A stretch of 64,000 nt of DNA, from assembly GCA_965217775.1 (NCBI GenBank), contig CBDCJH010000002.1:3648001-3712000 (forward strand). Reading direction: 5' to 3'. This stretch comes from Acidobacteriota bacterium (GTDB taxonomy: Bacteria > Acidobacteriota > UBA6911 > RPQK01 > JAJDTT01). A program made the position numbers and the translations under genes. A model generated the notes under the pieces. The model did not search any database. It had not been told where the DNA came from and was given only the letters and a program-made list of their open reading frames with translations. This document shows, piece by piece, positions 1 through 10,206 of the stretch (its first letter is position 1; each line of letters opens with the position of its first letter).

Positions 1-2
1 AG

Positions 3-352
3 CGTGATACCCCTTTCGGGTTTGGCCGCACCGCTCATTGCAGCCAACATCACCCCACCGAGCACATCCATCACGACTATACGGCCGTGGGAGACGCCTC
101 TGTGCGAGCCGTAGTCACCGCGGCGGCGCGTCGGCTGGAATGTTCGCGTCGAGAGCCTTACGACGTGCCGACAGTCTACTACTACGGCACCCAGGACCGG
201 CGCGACGTGCGGATCAACCGAGGCACTGTGGGCGTCGTGGCCACGCACATCGTGAACATCGAGAGCGTGGTGGACCAGAAGCGGGAGGCGCTCAAGACCT
301 TCGCCACACAGAAGTACCAGGGCAAGGGCTACTCTAGACCCGAGTATCTTAA
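3..352 (+). pseudogene. 3' fragment of a PIG-L/LmbE-like deacetylase, cut by the IS1595 element
   Basis: Frame of ORF 87..470 reads HHDYTAVGDASVRA...HIVNIESVVDQKREALKTFATQ, resembling a PIG-L C-terminal region, then runs into the IS inverted repeat at 353. Confidence 0.5.
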
Positions 353-386
353 GGGGATTATATACAAAAGTCCCGACACTCAAGCA

Positions 387-602
387 TTAACGACGGTTCC
401 TGGGCTTTTTGATCCACCGGGGTTTGACGGGACGGAGGACTGCCCGCGCCAGCTTGGCCATTCGATCTAATGAGGCCTCTCCCGGCACCTTCAAATTGAT
501 CTCCTCCTCCTTCTCCGCCTTCGTCGGCTGGTAAGAAGAATGGACCAGTTCTACGGTTCTGGATTTCGGATTCTTGCGAACTGTGGATTTCCTATTGCTC
601 AT
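387..602 (-). CDS. Small basic hypothetical protein carried inside the IS1595 element
   Basis: 71-aa ATG-initiated ORF between the transposase and the left TIR, same strand. Confidence 0.55.
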   Translation of the reverse strand: MSNRKSTVRKNPKSRTVELVHSSYQPTKAEKEEEINLKVPGEASLDRMAKLARAVLRPVKPRWIKKPRNRR

Positions 603-853
603 TTTCCAGCCCTATTGCCCAGCGGGGAAGGTCTTCGATCGGATGCATTTGCTCAGGTCGCTTCCTGAGCTTGAAGGTAACGGATCGTCCTTCCGCCATC
701 CTCACAAGACGCCCGGCTTGTTGCTCTGAGACCTCGCCCTTGGTCCAGACGTTGAACCGGATTTCACTCGGCCTGATGCCAAGACCGAGAAGGTAGTCAT
801 TTCGTCTATCGAGACGAATGTGATGGCACTGGAAGCCGCCACCTCAGTCCGGT

Positions 854-1798
854 TCAACTGACCAAATCCTGGTACCGGAGCCGCTGCCCAATGGCCCGAT
901 CAGCGACCAGAGACATCGGAGCCAGCGTTCCCAGTTCCCGCATATTGTGGCGTCCTGCGAACTCGCCGACGTAGCGGTGAAGATGACGCTCGGACAGCCG
1001 GTGGAAGGTGCCCATATACGCCCGCTTCAACATCGACCAGAAGGACTCAACACCGTTGGTGTGAACCGAACCCCGAACGTATTCCAACTGGGAATGACGG
1101 ACGGACTCATGATTGTCCAGCGATGCATAGGAGGAGGAATCGTCCGTGTAGACCGCCGCGTCCGGGTCGATCCGATCCTGGACGAATCCCTGGAGTGTCT
1201 CCTGGGTCGTGTCCTCGACGACCTGAGCAGACACGCGGTTGGTCTTCCGGTCTTTCACGCCCACGACAGCGGTTTTCCCAACCGGGCCGCGCCCCTTCAA
1301 CTGAGACCGCTTCTGCTTCGGCAGGTTCTTCCGCTTGCCACCAAACCAAGTCTCATCCACCTCGACCGGACCCCAGAATCTCTGCTCCGGGTCCAAGTTC
1401 CAGGCCTGGCGAATCCGGTGTGCCAGGTGCCAGGCTGACTTCTGCGTGATGCCCAGCTCGCGGTGGAGCTTCATGCTGGAAACACTCTTCAGATTCGTGG
1501 CGAACAGGTAGAAGGCGTAGAGCCAGTTCTGATAGCCGATCTTGCTTGACTGCATGAAGGTCCCGGTCTTGATGCTGAAATGCTTTCCGCATTCCTTCTC
1601 ACGGCAACGAAACGGCATCGTCTTATGCTTGCATCCAATCTGGACATTGGTGACCCCGCAGTAGGGACAGCAGACCTCTTCCGGCCAACGTCGCTTGATG
1701 AACCATGCTTCAGCAGTCTTGTCATCCGGGAACCGTTGGAAGAATTGACGGGTCGAAAGACCCTCTCTGTAGTGTTTTCCGGGTGCCTTGTAAACCAT
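854..1798 (-). CDS. IS1595-family DDE transposase
   Basis: Zn ribbon CPYCG...CREKEC, VEVDETW, YTDD, HTNGVESFWS motifs; ATG at 1798 preceded by GAGGA (the ORF track start at 1897 lies outside the TIR). Confidence 0.93.
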   Translation of the reverse strand: MVYKAPGKHYREGLSTRQFFQRFPDDKTAEAWFIKRRWPEEVCCPYCGVTNVQIGCKHKTMPFRCREKECGKHFSIKTGTFMQSSKIGYQNWLYAFYLFATNLKSVSSMKLHRELGITQKSAWHLAHRIRQAWNLDPEQRFWGPVEVDETWFGGKRKNLPKQKRSQLKGRGPVGKTAVVGVKDRKTNRVSAQVVEDTTQETLQGFVQDRIDPDAAVYTDDSSSYASLDNHESVRHSQLEYVRGSVHTNGVESFWSMLKRAYMGTFHRLSERHLHRYVGEFAGRHNMRELGTLAPMSLVADRAIGQRLRYQDLVS

Positions 1799-2002
1799 TG
1801 AATTATCCTCAGTTACAAGACAATTATACAAGACAGTCCCGATACTTGTCAACCCCTTTTTGGGACTTTTGTATATAATCCCCTTTTTCTTCACCAAAAC
1901 CTCATTTAACTTCGGATTTGTCCTGGATCGTCTAAATTCGCTCGCTACCGGGCCGACTTCCGTGGTCCGACGACACGGCTGAGAGCGTCACCATGCGTCC
2001 CG

Positions 2003-5000
2003 TCACTCTTGAAGCGTTATCGAGAGCTTGGAAATCCTCCAACTGGTGCTGTCCTCAATCCTGCTCGCTGCAAATTCAAACGAGTATTCGTTGCCCGACG
2101 AAATTACGGTAAACGACGTGTTGATGTTAAGAGCTACGCCGCTACACCTGACGGAACCACGACCGAGATACAGACAGCCGTTCCCCGCGTTACCGACGTC
2201 ACCAACGGTAAACCGGGCAAATCTAACGCCCGCTTCGGGAGTTCCTTTAGGAAACTCCAGCGTGCATTCGCTTCCGGTCTGAATCGTGTTTCCGGCAGCA
2301 CATACCTTGCTCGCATCCTCATCGTCATCATCAGGGGGAATATCCACCAATCGCCAACTGGAACTCCCGCTCGTTCCGTCGTTGCAACTGAAAGTTACCC
2401 TGCCCGAAGTCGTTGTTGCGAACGTCAATCGGAACGTACAGCGATCGCCGTCGTCGTAGTTCAGCGTGACCGTTCCGGTATTCGAACCCGTGTTCCGGTA
2501 GGTATAGCTTCCAACGTATTCGTCCGATCCCTCGGTTTCCTTGAAACGGCCGGGACTGATGAAGTCGATGAAATAGTTTGGCCGTTCCGTCAGCACACGC
2601 TTGCCAACGGCGACTTCGTTGAACGCATCTTGATCGGCTGGAGCGAGCGACGGTGGCGGCGGCTCGGTGACGGTTACTGTCGCCGAGTCCGAAGCCGTCT
2701 GTCCGTCGGCGCTGCGGACCGTGATTCGATAGGTCGTCGTTCTGGTCGGGGAGACCCGACGCGATCCCGAGGTCGGAACCGTGCCGATCCCCGGTGTGAT
2801 GGATGCGCTGGTTGCGTTCGTGGACGACCACCTCAGGGTCGCACTCTGGCCCCGTTCGATGGACGTGGGCGATGCCGACAGCCTCACCGTCGGGCGCGGC
2901 GGCTCGGTGACGGTTACTGTCGCCGAGTCCGAAGCCGTCTGTCCGTCGGCACTCCGGACCGTGATGCGGTAGGTCGTCGTTCTGGTCGGGGAGACCCGAC
3001 GCGACCCCGATGTCGGAACCGTGCCGATTCCAGGAGTGATGGATGCTCTGGTTGCGTTCGTGGACGACCACCTCAGGGTCGCGCTCTGGCCCCGTTCGAT
3101 GGACGTGGGCGATGCCGACAGCCTCACCGTCGGGCGCACCTGCGGAGCTTCGGGGCGGGTCCCGCCCTTCACCGGCACCACCGGGAGAGTCGTGAAGATA
3201 CCGTTGGCGAAATCCATCTCCAAGGCTATCCCGGCGAACCTTCTCCCATCAGGCGCCAGGCACCTCACGGATCCCACGAAATCCGATGTCCCTGTGCCGA
3301 CGAAGATCTCATTGATGAACTGGGCGGTTTGCCCGCTAGCCTCCAACTGGATATCCACCTGTTCCAGCACGGAGCCCCCCCGCATCAAGTAACAGGACAC
3401 CGTCATCTCTCGCGCTTCCAGGTTGCGGAGCGCCACGCCGGTATTGATGCCTCCCGCTAGGCGGCGAGCCGGGAAGAGGGCGTCAGCGACGGGTTCGCTG
3501 GCTCCGACTCCCGCCACTCCCGCACCTGGGAGAGAAAAGCGAAGGACTCCGCCGATAGGCCCATCCGATATCACCCGCACCGATCCCACGACGGTATCTC
3601 CCCGACCGTGCGTCGAAATCGTCAGCTCTCCTAGCGGCGGCAGCGCCGCACGCACGCGAAGACCTCCGTCCCCACGCACCTCCAGGCTGTTTCTGATTTC
3701 CACCACCGAATCCGCGGCGATCCCATTGCCATCCTGATCAAAAAAGTAGAGGGTGGGACGGACCCGCATGGTCGACACGTTCAACAACACGACATCGGAG
3801 GTGATGGAAGAACCATTGGCGAAATGGGCAAACTCCAGGGTGGTCTCCCGGTTTCCGGCTCCCGACGGGGCCACAGGCACCACCGGCAGGGTTGTGAAGA
3901 TGCCGTTGTTGGGATCAATCTCCAAGGCTATCCCGACGACCCTTCCCCCATCGGGCGCAGTGCACCTCACTGATCCCACGAAATTGGACGTATTCGTGCC
4001 GGGGAAGATCTCATTGATGTACTGCGCGGTCTGCCCGTCCGCCGCCAACTGGATATCTGCTTCATCCAGCACGGAGCCCCCCCGCATCAAGTAACAGGAC
4101 ACCGTCATCTCTTCCGTTTCCATGTTGCGGAGCGCCACGGCAGTGTTGATGCCTCTCGCTTGGCGGCGAGCCGGGAAGAGGGCGTCATTGACGGGTTCGC
4201 TGGCCCCGACTCCGGCTACTCCTACTCCAAAATATTGTAGGTCAAAGCGCAGCACTCCGCCGATGGGTCCATCTGACACCACTCTCACGGACCCCGTCAC
4301 CAACTCACCTCGTCCGTGGGTCGAGATCGTGAGTTCTCCTAGCGGCGCAATCTCCGTTCGTACCTTCAGAGCTCCATCCTCAAGCACCTCCAGATCTGCC
4401 GTGATCTCCACCACCGATTCGGCGTCAATTCGATCGCCCTCCTGATCATAAAAGTAGAGGATTGGACCGATCGGCTTGGTCGCAACGTTCAACAACACCA
4501 CATCGGAGGTGACGGAAGAACCATTGGCGAAATGGGCAAACTCCAGAGCAAACTCCTCGTCGATGAACTGCCGGATTTTGGGATAGAAAAACGAGAATCG
4601 AGTGTAAACTGAGTAATCGGGCTGAGTCGGGCAGACATTATCCCCACCACTTCCGCCGCTCAGTGCCCCTACGATGGTTCCAGGACCGCTGAAGATGGCG
4701 GACCCGGAAGAGCCCCCCTCCGTGAAGCCTCGTCCCAATGGATAGGAGACGTTGAGGTAGGAATCGTCGGAAACTCCAATCCCAGGGTCGGGAATGGTCT
4801 CACCAAAGGAAATCCGCTTGAACTTTCCCCATATACTTCCAGGATGATGAATCCCGGTGACCTGCGCGCCGACCGGTTGTGGGTCCGCGTCCCAGCCTTG
4901 GAACATCACACCGTCGGGGAGACTACCTTCGAGTCGCAGCAGTGTCATATCGCCACCCGGCTCCCCGGGGGACTCGCTGTCGGGGTACCCTGTGGTCGCG

Positions 5001-7288
5001 AGCAGACGCGCCCCCTCGGTACGCGGCACGCTCCCTAAGTCCGGCGGTTCTCCGTTACAGGTTCGCGTCTGGTACAACCAAGCCGCCGTCACGCTACGGG
5101 CTTCCTCCTCGGTTTGTACGCAGTGGGCAGCGGTGAGAAAGTAGGGCGTGAAGTCCTGCCGGCTGTTGCTCAGCACCGTTCCCGAGCAGGCTTCACTGGT
5201 GCCTTCGCTCGTCTCAATGAATATCCTCGCGACTCCAGTTGCGGAACTCGACCATTCTGAGTGGCAGGTCACATCCAGATGACAGTCCGCGGCGTCCGTC
5301 TCTACTGTCGCCGTGATCGTACCCTCGGCGACGACGCCCGTATCAAAGACTAATATCGAGACGAAGTAGGTTCCGGCTCGAAGCGGCGGCTCGGAGCGCC
5401 GGGTGATACCGATCCATTCGTCGCCCGTGGGTTTTTGGGATCCGTGGTCAAAGAAAGGTCTCCCATCCTGAACGTTGTCCTCGCCATGGCGGACAAGCAG
5501 AGCCACATCGGCATCGGATTCCAGCGTGAAGGTTACAAGCGTGGCGGCCTCGGGAACCTCCAGCCGGAACGATTTATCCCCGACGAATAGTGTCGGGGAA
5601 TCAACCGGACCCAGACGGAAGTCTGCAGGCGCTCCGGGCGTGAGCAGTCCGCCGCTTATCTGCTCCGGATCCTCTTCGTCGGTTTCCACTTCCGCCGTGA
5701 GTGTGCCCTCGGCGACGACGCCGGTGTCATAGACTAGTATCGAGACGAAGTAAGTTCCGGCTAGAAGCGGCGGGTCGGATTCGGGGGTAATGACGATATC
5801 CTCATTACCCGTGTCTCCCCGCGAAGCGTAATCATAGACAACCCTCCCATCCCGCACGCCGTTGTCCTCACCATAGCGGGCATACAAATCCACGTCGACA
5901 TCGGGATCGGCGGATTTCAGCGTGAAGGTTACTTGGGAGGCGTCCTCGGGCACCTCCAGCCGGAACGAGTTATCCCCGTAGAATAGTGTCGGGGAGTCAA
6001 CCGGACCCATACGGAATTTGACGGCCTGCCCGGGTGTGAGTGTTCTGCCGCTGTCCGGCTCCGGATCTTCTTCGTCGAGTTCCACTTCCGCCGTGAGCGT
6101 GCAGTTAACGACGACGCCCGTATCAATAACAACTACCGATACGAAGTAGGTTCCGACTCGAAGCGGCGGGTCGGATTGCCCGGTAACGACAATCTCCTCG
6201 GTTCCCACAACAACCTTGTCAATGCCGTAGTCAAAGATTGGCCTCCCATCCTCAAGATCGTTGTCCTCGCCATAGCGGACAAGCAGAGCCACATCGGCAT
6301 CGGATTCCAGCGTGAACGTGACACGGGAGGCGTCCTCAGGAACCTCCAACCGGAACGAGTTATCCCCGTTGAATAGTGTCGGGGAGTCAACCGGATCTAT
6401 TCGGAATTCGACGGGCTGCCCGGGCGTGAGTCTCCTCGCCGCTTTCGGACGCGGCGATTGCAGGGAGGTGGACCGTTTGACCGACTGTATCGACTTGTCC
6501 AGCCACGACGGCTTCGACCGTGTTCCCACCGCAACCTCGATCGGGCCGGCGAGCAACAGCTTTTCCAATTCCCGTCTGTCGGGGCTTTCCGACGCGGTCT
6601 CCATGTCGGCTCCGAAAGCATCGTCCCAGATATGGCTGATCGCAACGATTTGAAACGGCACGGCTTCTGTTGCAGCCTCCTCATGGGGCAGATACTCGAT
6701 CGTCAGGCTGTCGCCGAAGACGATGCCGCTCCAGAAGTCTCCGTCCCCGTACAGACCCGAGCCGCGGTAGGGCCCCACGATCTGCCCGCTCGCCGAGTGG
6801 AGCCACAGACTACCTGCCCCGATGGCGAAGTCTTGAAAGTGAATGCGCATGGCGCGGGCACTGGGAGAGGTCACCTTCAAGCGCCAGACGCGTCCGGCCG
6901 CGGTCGAGTGCCACGCTTCCCTGGCGGTTGTCATGACGGTTTCCCCGGAGAGGCTCAACGTGACCACCCCTGGTGGCAACTGACGGTGAACGCCGATGAC
7001 GGGAGGCCGGCCCGGTTGCGGCTGCACACGCTGCAAATCGTCGGGCCCCAGTGGCGGTAAAACGGCCGTCGCAGGGGATGGAAGACTCAGTTGAAGGCTG
7101 GGCGGTCTGACCGCTGCTGCCTTCGGCCGCTGTTGTTTTTCCAGAACCAGCGGCCCGATCCGTTGGCCCCATCCTGACTGCGTCAGCAGTGCGAGTGTAA
7201 GGACCAAGAAAATTCCGCGGCGCCATGACACCGGGGAAACCGTGGAACTCACGCAGGTTCCGGATTCGTCAAACTTGCCATTTAACAT
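2003..7288 (-). CDS. Secreted multidomain trypsin-like (lysyl endopeptidase-type) serine protease, paralog A
   Basis: Signal-like N-terminus, propeptide, three PPC-like repeats, triad motifs TAAHC / GDMTLL / GSSGS, two LEFAHFAN beta domains, two 80-aa Ig/PKD-like repeats, Cys-containing C-terminal domains. Confidence 0.88.
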   Translation of the reverse strand: MLNGKFDESGTCVSSTVSPVSWRRGIFLVLTLALLTQSGWGQRIGPLVLEKQQRPKAAAVRPPSLQLSLPSPATAVLPPLGPDDLQRVQPQPGRPPVIGVHRQLPPGVVTLSLSGETVMTTAREAWHSTAAGRVWRLKVTSPSARAMRIHFQDFAIGAGSLWLHSASGQIVGPYRGSGLYGDGDFWSGIVFGDSLTIEYLPHEEAATEAVPFQIVAISHIWDDAFGADMETASESPDRRELEKLLLAGPIEVAVGTRSKPSWLDKSIQSVKRSTSLQSPRPKAARRLTPGQPVEFRIDPVDSPTLFNGDNSFRLEVPEDASRVTFTLESDADVALLVRYGEDNDLEDGRPIFDYGIDKVVVGTEEIVVTGQSDPPLRVGTYFVSVVVIDTGVVVNCTLTAEVELDEEDPEPDSGRTLTPGQAVKFRMGPVDSPTLFYGDNSFRLEVPEDASQVTFTLKSADPDVDVDLYARYGEDNGVRDGRVVYDYASRGDTGNEDIVITPESDPPLLAGTYFVSILVYDTGVVAEGTLTAEVETDEEDPEQISGGLLTPGAPADFRLGPVDSPTLFVGDKSFRLEVPEAATLVTFTLESDADVALLVRHGEDNVQDGRPFFDHGSQKPTGDEWIGITRRSEPPLRAGTYFVSILVFDTGVVAEGTITATVETDAADCHLDVTCHSEWSSSATGVARIFIETSEGTSEACSGTVLSNSRQDFTPYFLTAAHCVQTEEEARSVTAAWLYQTRTCNGEPPDLGSVPRTEGARLLATTGYPDSESPGEPGGDMTLLRLEGSLPDGVMFQGWDADPQPVGAQVTGIHHPGSIWGKFKRISFGETIPDPGIGVSDDSYLNVSYPLGRGFTEGGSSGSAIFSGPGTIVGALSGGSGGDNVCPTQPDYSVYTRFSFFYPKIRQFIDEEFALEFAHFANGSSVTSDVVLLNVATKPIGPILYFYDQEGDRIDAESVVEITADLEVLEDGALKVRTEIAPLGELTISTHGRGELVTGSVRVVSDGPIGGVLRFDLQYFGVGVAGVGASEPVNDALFPARRQARGINTAVALRNMETEEMTVSCYLMRGGSVLDEADIQLAADGQTAQYINEIFPGTNTSNFVGSVRCTAPDGGRVVGIALEIDPNNGIFTTLPVVPVAPSGAGNRETTLEFAHFANGSSITSDVVLLNVSTMRVRPTLYFFDQDGNGIAADSVVEIRNSLEVRGDGGLRVRAALPPLGELTISTHGRGDTVVGSVRVISDGPIGGVLRFSLPGAGVAGVGASEPVADALFPARRLAGGINTGVALRNLEAREMTVSCYLMRGGSVLEQVDIQLEASGQTAQFINEIFVGTGTSDFVGSVRCLAPDGRRFAGIALEMDFANGIFTTLPVVPVKGGTRPEAPQVRPTVRLSASPTSIERGQSATLRWSSTNATRASITPGIGTVPTSGSRRVSPTRTTTYRITVRSADGQTASDSATVTVTEPPRPTVRLSASPTSIERGQSATLRWSSTNATSASITPGIGTVPTSGSRRVSPTRTTTYRITVRSADGQTASDSATVTVTEPPPPSLAPADQDAFNEVAVGKRVLTERPNYFIDFISPGRFKETEGSDEYVGSYTYRNTGSNTGTVTLNYDDGDRCTFRLTFATTTSGRVTFSCNDGTSGSSSWRLVDIPPDDDDEDASKVCAAGNTIQTGSECTLEFPKGTPEAGVRFARFTVGDVGNAGNGCLYLGRGSVRCSGVALNINTSFTVISSGNEYSFEFAASRIEDSTSWRISKLSITLQE
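2657..3136 (-). repeat. Tandem 240-bp intragenic duplication (80-aa Ig/PKD-like unit)
   Basis: 2657-2896 nearly identical to 2897-3136 (RPTVRLSASPTSIERGQSATLRWSS...VTVTEPP). Confidence 0.93.
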
Positions 7289-7700
7289 GGTTCTGCTTTC
7301 TCCCTACGGATCTGCGCCGTGGAGGATTTGTGAAACGACTCGGGCGGTTGACCTTGGCTTCGATGAACCGTGCCGTAGAAGACTCATCGTTCGCCATGTC
7401 ACAAGAGGGCCCGCAGTTCGAAAAGATCGATTGAAAAACCGGTTCCAATCGTCGATGACATTGTCGAAAGGCCCCCAGTGGTCCGGTAAGCGGCCATGTC
7501 CGGTAGCCAACGGATCGTCCACTCGGCGGGCGGATCACAAACACCAACTATCAGCACTGGTTTCAGGAGCCGAAGCGGCCCAGTCGGTGTCGGTGGCCGT
7601 TGCCTGAGTCGACCACTTGCGTTTATCCATGAACTACTGATCCTCGCGAGCCACTCGACGGCGTAGCCGTGAAGGCGTCATTCCTCGGTCTTAACTATCT

Positions 7701-7727
7701 ATGACGTATGAGAAACGAGAACCGGAC
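7701..7727 (-). promoter_or_regulatory. Candidate ECF promoter GTCCG-N16-CGTCAT upstream of protease A
   Basis: Minus strand GTCCG gttctcgtttctcata CGTCAT; same motif and spacing at 19820-19846 and 22694-22720. Confidence 0.6.
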
Positions 7728-7750
7728 GGTCTCGCCGCGAAAAATGTGAA

Positions 7751-8018
7751 TTATTCGCCCCTGGAAACCTTCGAAAACACCTCGGCGAATGCGCGTGCGT
7801 TTGCCGGCCGCGCCGAACGGGGGGCCGTCACGATCGAAGCTGCGAACCCGATCACGGCCGCTCCGGTGTCCTACCTTGCACCGGGCCCGGCGACGCTACC
7901 GAGCCGCCGGTGCCGGATCCGGTCCTCCACCTCGTCGATGTCGGGGGCAGCGAACGGATGCCGGCCGGACACCATCCCGTACAGGACGACGCACAGGGAC
8001 CAGACGTCGTCGGCTTCA
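7751..8018 (-). pseudogene. Remnant 3' end of a Ser/Thr kinase gene (copy of about 19870-20137)
   Basis: Reads EADDVWSLCVVLYGMVSGRHPFAAPDIDE..., colinear with the end of kinase 19870..22587; internal stop and no 5' part. Confidence 0.88.
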
Positions 8019-8357
8019 TTTTGCGACTGTCATTGTGTTGGAGCAGTTGTTTACGGTATTGGATTCACCGGGCACCGGGTCGACGCACGCCCCGTAGGTG
8101 TACCTCCCCGGACTCGACGGAAGCGTCGTTCTGATCCACTCGAAGCTGGTTTCCGAGTCGTCAAGAATTCCCAGGGAGTCCGTACCGATTTCCGTATCAA
8201 ATGCTGAGATCGTCGCGTCTGTCGAGCGATAGTACCGTAGCAACGAGGACGACGAGTTGCCGGCGCCCTGGCTGCAGACCGTCGCACTCAGGTCAAAAGA
8301 ATTCCCGGCGACCGGACTCGTGTCGCTGACCGTCGGCGATTCCACCACCAAGTCAGG
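8016..8357 (-). pseudogene. Orphan CARDB-like module detached from the 3033-aa protease
   Basis: PDLVVESPTVSD...SFEWIR...YGACVDPVPGESNTVNNCS matches the terminal-type repeat of 10207..19308; preceded by SVFG-stop and by the ISKra4 end. Confidence 0.82.
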
Positions 8358-8403
8358 TTAACCGAAAACACTGAGGGTGCACGACAAAAAAGTGACGACC
8401 GGA

Positions 8404-9684
8404 TCAAGCTGCGGCTTTGGAATTGGCTCGCCATTCCCAGAAGTCCTCAAAACGCCCACTGAGCCGAACGCACCGAAGGGCCATGATCGAATTAGCTCCC
8501 CGCACACTCCAATGCATCCCGGAACGTTTGAGTCGTGCCCCGATGGCGTTTTTGCATCCGGCTTCCACCACGCCGGTTGAGGTACAGAGTCCCTGGGCCT
8601 CGAACTGGGCGTAACGCATGCGATGTCGATGCTCTTGGAAATAAGTGCAGGCCGCTTTTCCCTCCTCGTGATGAGAGGCCTCGGCGGCGAGGACCGACAG
8701 GAGGGTCTCGATCCGACCGGAATCGAGTTCCGCGCAACGTTTTTGCGCCCACTCCTGCCCGGACTGGCGGTCGGTATACAGACTCTTCGAGAGCGCATGG
8801 AGTCGCTCTTTGGCGTGGAAACGATCGACTATCTGCACCGCCTCCGGGAAGAGCTCGCCGGAGAGATTCCAGATCCACCTCGCTCCGTCTCCCAGGACGA
8901 CTTGCCGTGGCGCTTGCCCAAAACGGCGTCGTTGGCTTTCGCGCTCGACTCGTTGGGCGAACTCCGAAAGCTGGGGGTCCGTATCCAGGGTGGCGGCGCT
9001 CTCGATCGCTGCGGTGTAAGTGACCGAGTGCGGGTCGCGCTGGGGCCGACCCTGGGCGTCCCGTCGCTCGGCGCTCCAAACCGTACAGAGCTTGGCTTCC
9101 CGGGTTCGGGCCGACCCATCAGGCTGTTTGCCCGCCCGCCCCTGTACCTCGGTCGATCGCATCGGCACCCCGGTGCCGTCCAGGCCCAGATAGAGCGTCG
9201 AGGGCAAAGGGAGCCCCGAGTCGGGCTCCCGGGTCTGGCGTTCATAGCCCGCGACTTGCTCTCCCAGAGCCTGGGCCGACCGCTGCACCTGTTTGGTCCC
9301 CACGTCCACTCCGGCCAACTCCTCCAACAACTGACTGCTTTCCTGAAAGCTGACCATGGAGGCAACTGCCCCCACCATCCGCATCAGGGCGGGAGACAAA
9401 GAACTCCCCTCCAGTCCCAGCGCTCGATCTCGGGGACAGAAGCCATGGCCGCAATCCCCGCAGTGATAGTAGGCGCGCGCCAATCGCATCGGTCCCAGCA
9501 CGGTGACGAACTGTTTGGTCCGCCGACCCGCGTAGCGCGCGCTCCCTCCACAGGAGCAGTTGGCGTCGGAATGATCCTGGTTCAGATGCGTTTCCACCGT
9601 CCGGGCCGCCAGCTCGAGGACTTGACGCCGGAGGGCTGTCTCCAGCGCTTCAAAGTCCAGGGCGGCGGCGGCCGCGGGTCCCAT
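8404..9684 (-). CDS. ISKra4-family DDE transposase
   Basis: RAYYHCGDC, LGLDGTGVPMR, VLGDGARWIW, IVDRFHAKE, GVVEAGCK..IGARLKRSGMHW motifs. Confidence 0.9.
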   Translation of the reverse strand: MGPAAAAALDFEALETALRRQVLELAARTVETHLNQDHSDANCSCGGSARYAGRRTKQFVTVLGPMRLARAYYHCGDCGHGFCPRDRALGLEGSSLSPALMRMVGAVASMVSFQESSQLLEELAGVDVGTKQVQRSAQALGEQVAGYERQTREPDSGLPLPSTLYLGLDGTGVPMRSTEVQGRAGKQPDGSARTREAKLCTVWSAERRDAQGRPQRDPHSVTYTAAIESAATLDTDPQLSEFAQRVERESQRRRFGQAPRQVVLGDGARWIWNLSGELFPEAVQIVDRFHAKERLHALSKSLYTDRQSGQEWAQKRCAELDSGRIETLLSVLAAEASHHEEGKAACTYFQEHRHRMRYAQFEAQGLCTSTGVVEAGCKNAIGARLKRSGMHWSVRGANSIMALRCVRLSGRFEDFWEWRANSKAAA

Positions 9685-10109
9685 CAGGGTCCGGACTTCT
9701 CGCTGGATTTCTTGGGCCAGCGTTTTTTGGAGCCCTTTTTTTGGCCCGTCCGGGCCGGAGAGGGGTCCAGTTTAGCCTGACAAATCTGCTCGCTGACCTC
9801 CACCAACTCCTTCACCAAGCTCCGCAATCGGCGATACTCGTCGATCTGCTCTCGAGTCCGTTGGACGGCTGGCCCCGGGGGAATGATCTTGGTCACGGTC
9901 TTGCCCGCCACGCGACGGGTCAAGGAGAAACTGGGCCCGTGGCCCCGGTCGCCGGGCTGGGCGCAGTGACAGTTCGGCTTGCCGCAACGGCGGTAGCGGG
10001 CCACCAGGGACCCGGGCCGGAGATCGCCGAGTTCGAGCAAGGCCTGCAACAACTGCTGGCGTCGTCGTTGGAGTTGGCGCTGAGGGGAAAGATCTGGGGA
10101 CATGGGCAC
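9684..10109 (-). CDS. DUF6788-like IS accessory protein
   Basis: LRPGSL..RYRRCGKPNCHCA..GHGP motif; stop overlaps transposase ATG (TGATG). Confidence 0.8.
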   Translation of the reverse strand: MPMSPDLSPQRQLQRRRQQLLQALLELGDLRPGSLVARYRRCGKPNCHCAQPGDRGHGPSFSLTRRVAGKTVTKIIPPGPAVQRTREQIDEYRRLRSLVKELVEVSEQICQAKLDPSPARTGQKKGSKKRWPKKSSEKSGP

Positions 10110-10206
10110 GCTCCTCTCTGACAGTCATAGTAACTGTCAGAGAGTCTAAGCCCAATCTCCGACGTTCTCTGGCCTTCACTACCAGCATCACTTTCGTGTC
10201 GTGCAC

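Larger units (their letters stand above)
353..1883 (-). mobile_element. IS1595-family insertion sequence (ISNwi1-like ends) with passenger ORF(s)
   Basis: Perfect 22-bp terminal inverted repeats GGGGATTATATACAAAAGTCCC (353-374) and GGGACTTTTGTATATAATCCCC (1862-1883) enclosing a transposase. Confidence 0.92.

Noticed and set aside
7535-7630. 31-aa ORF MDKRKWSTQ... in the protease A leader as a peptide signal
   Set aside because: The homologous position in the protease B leader has a stop after four codons
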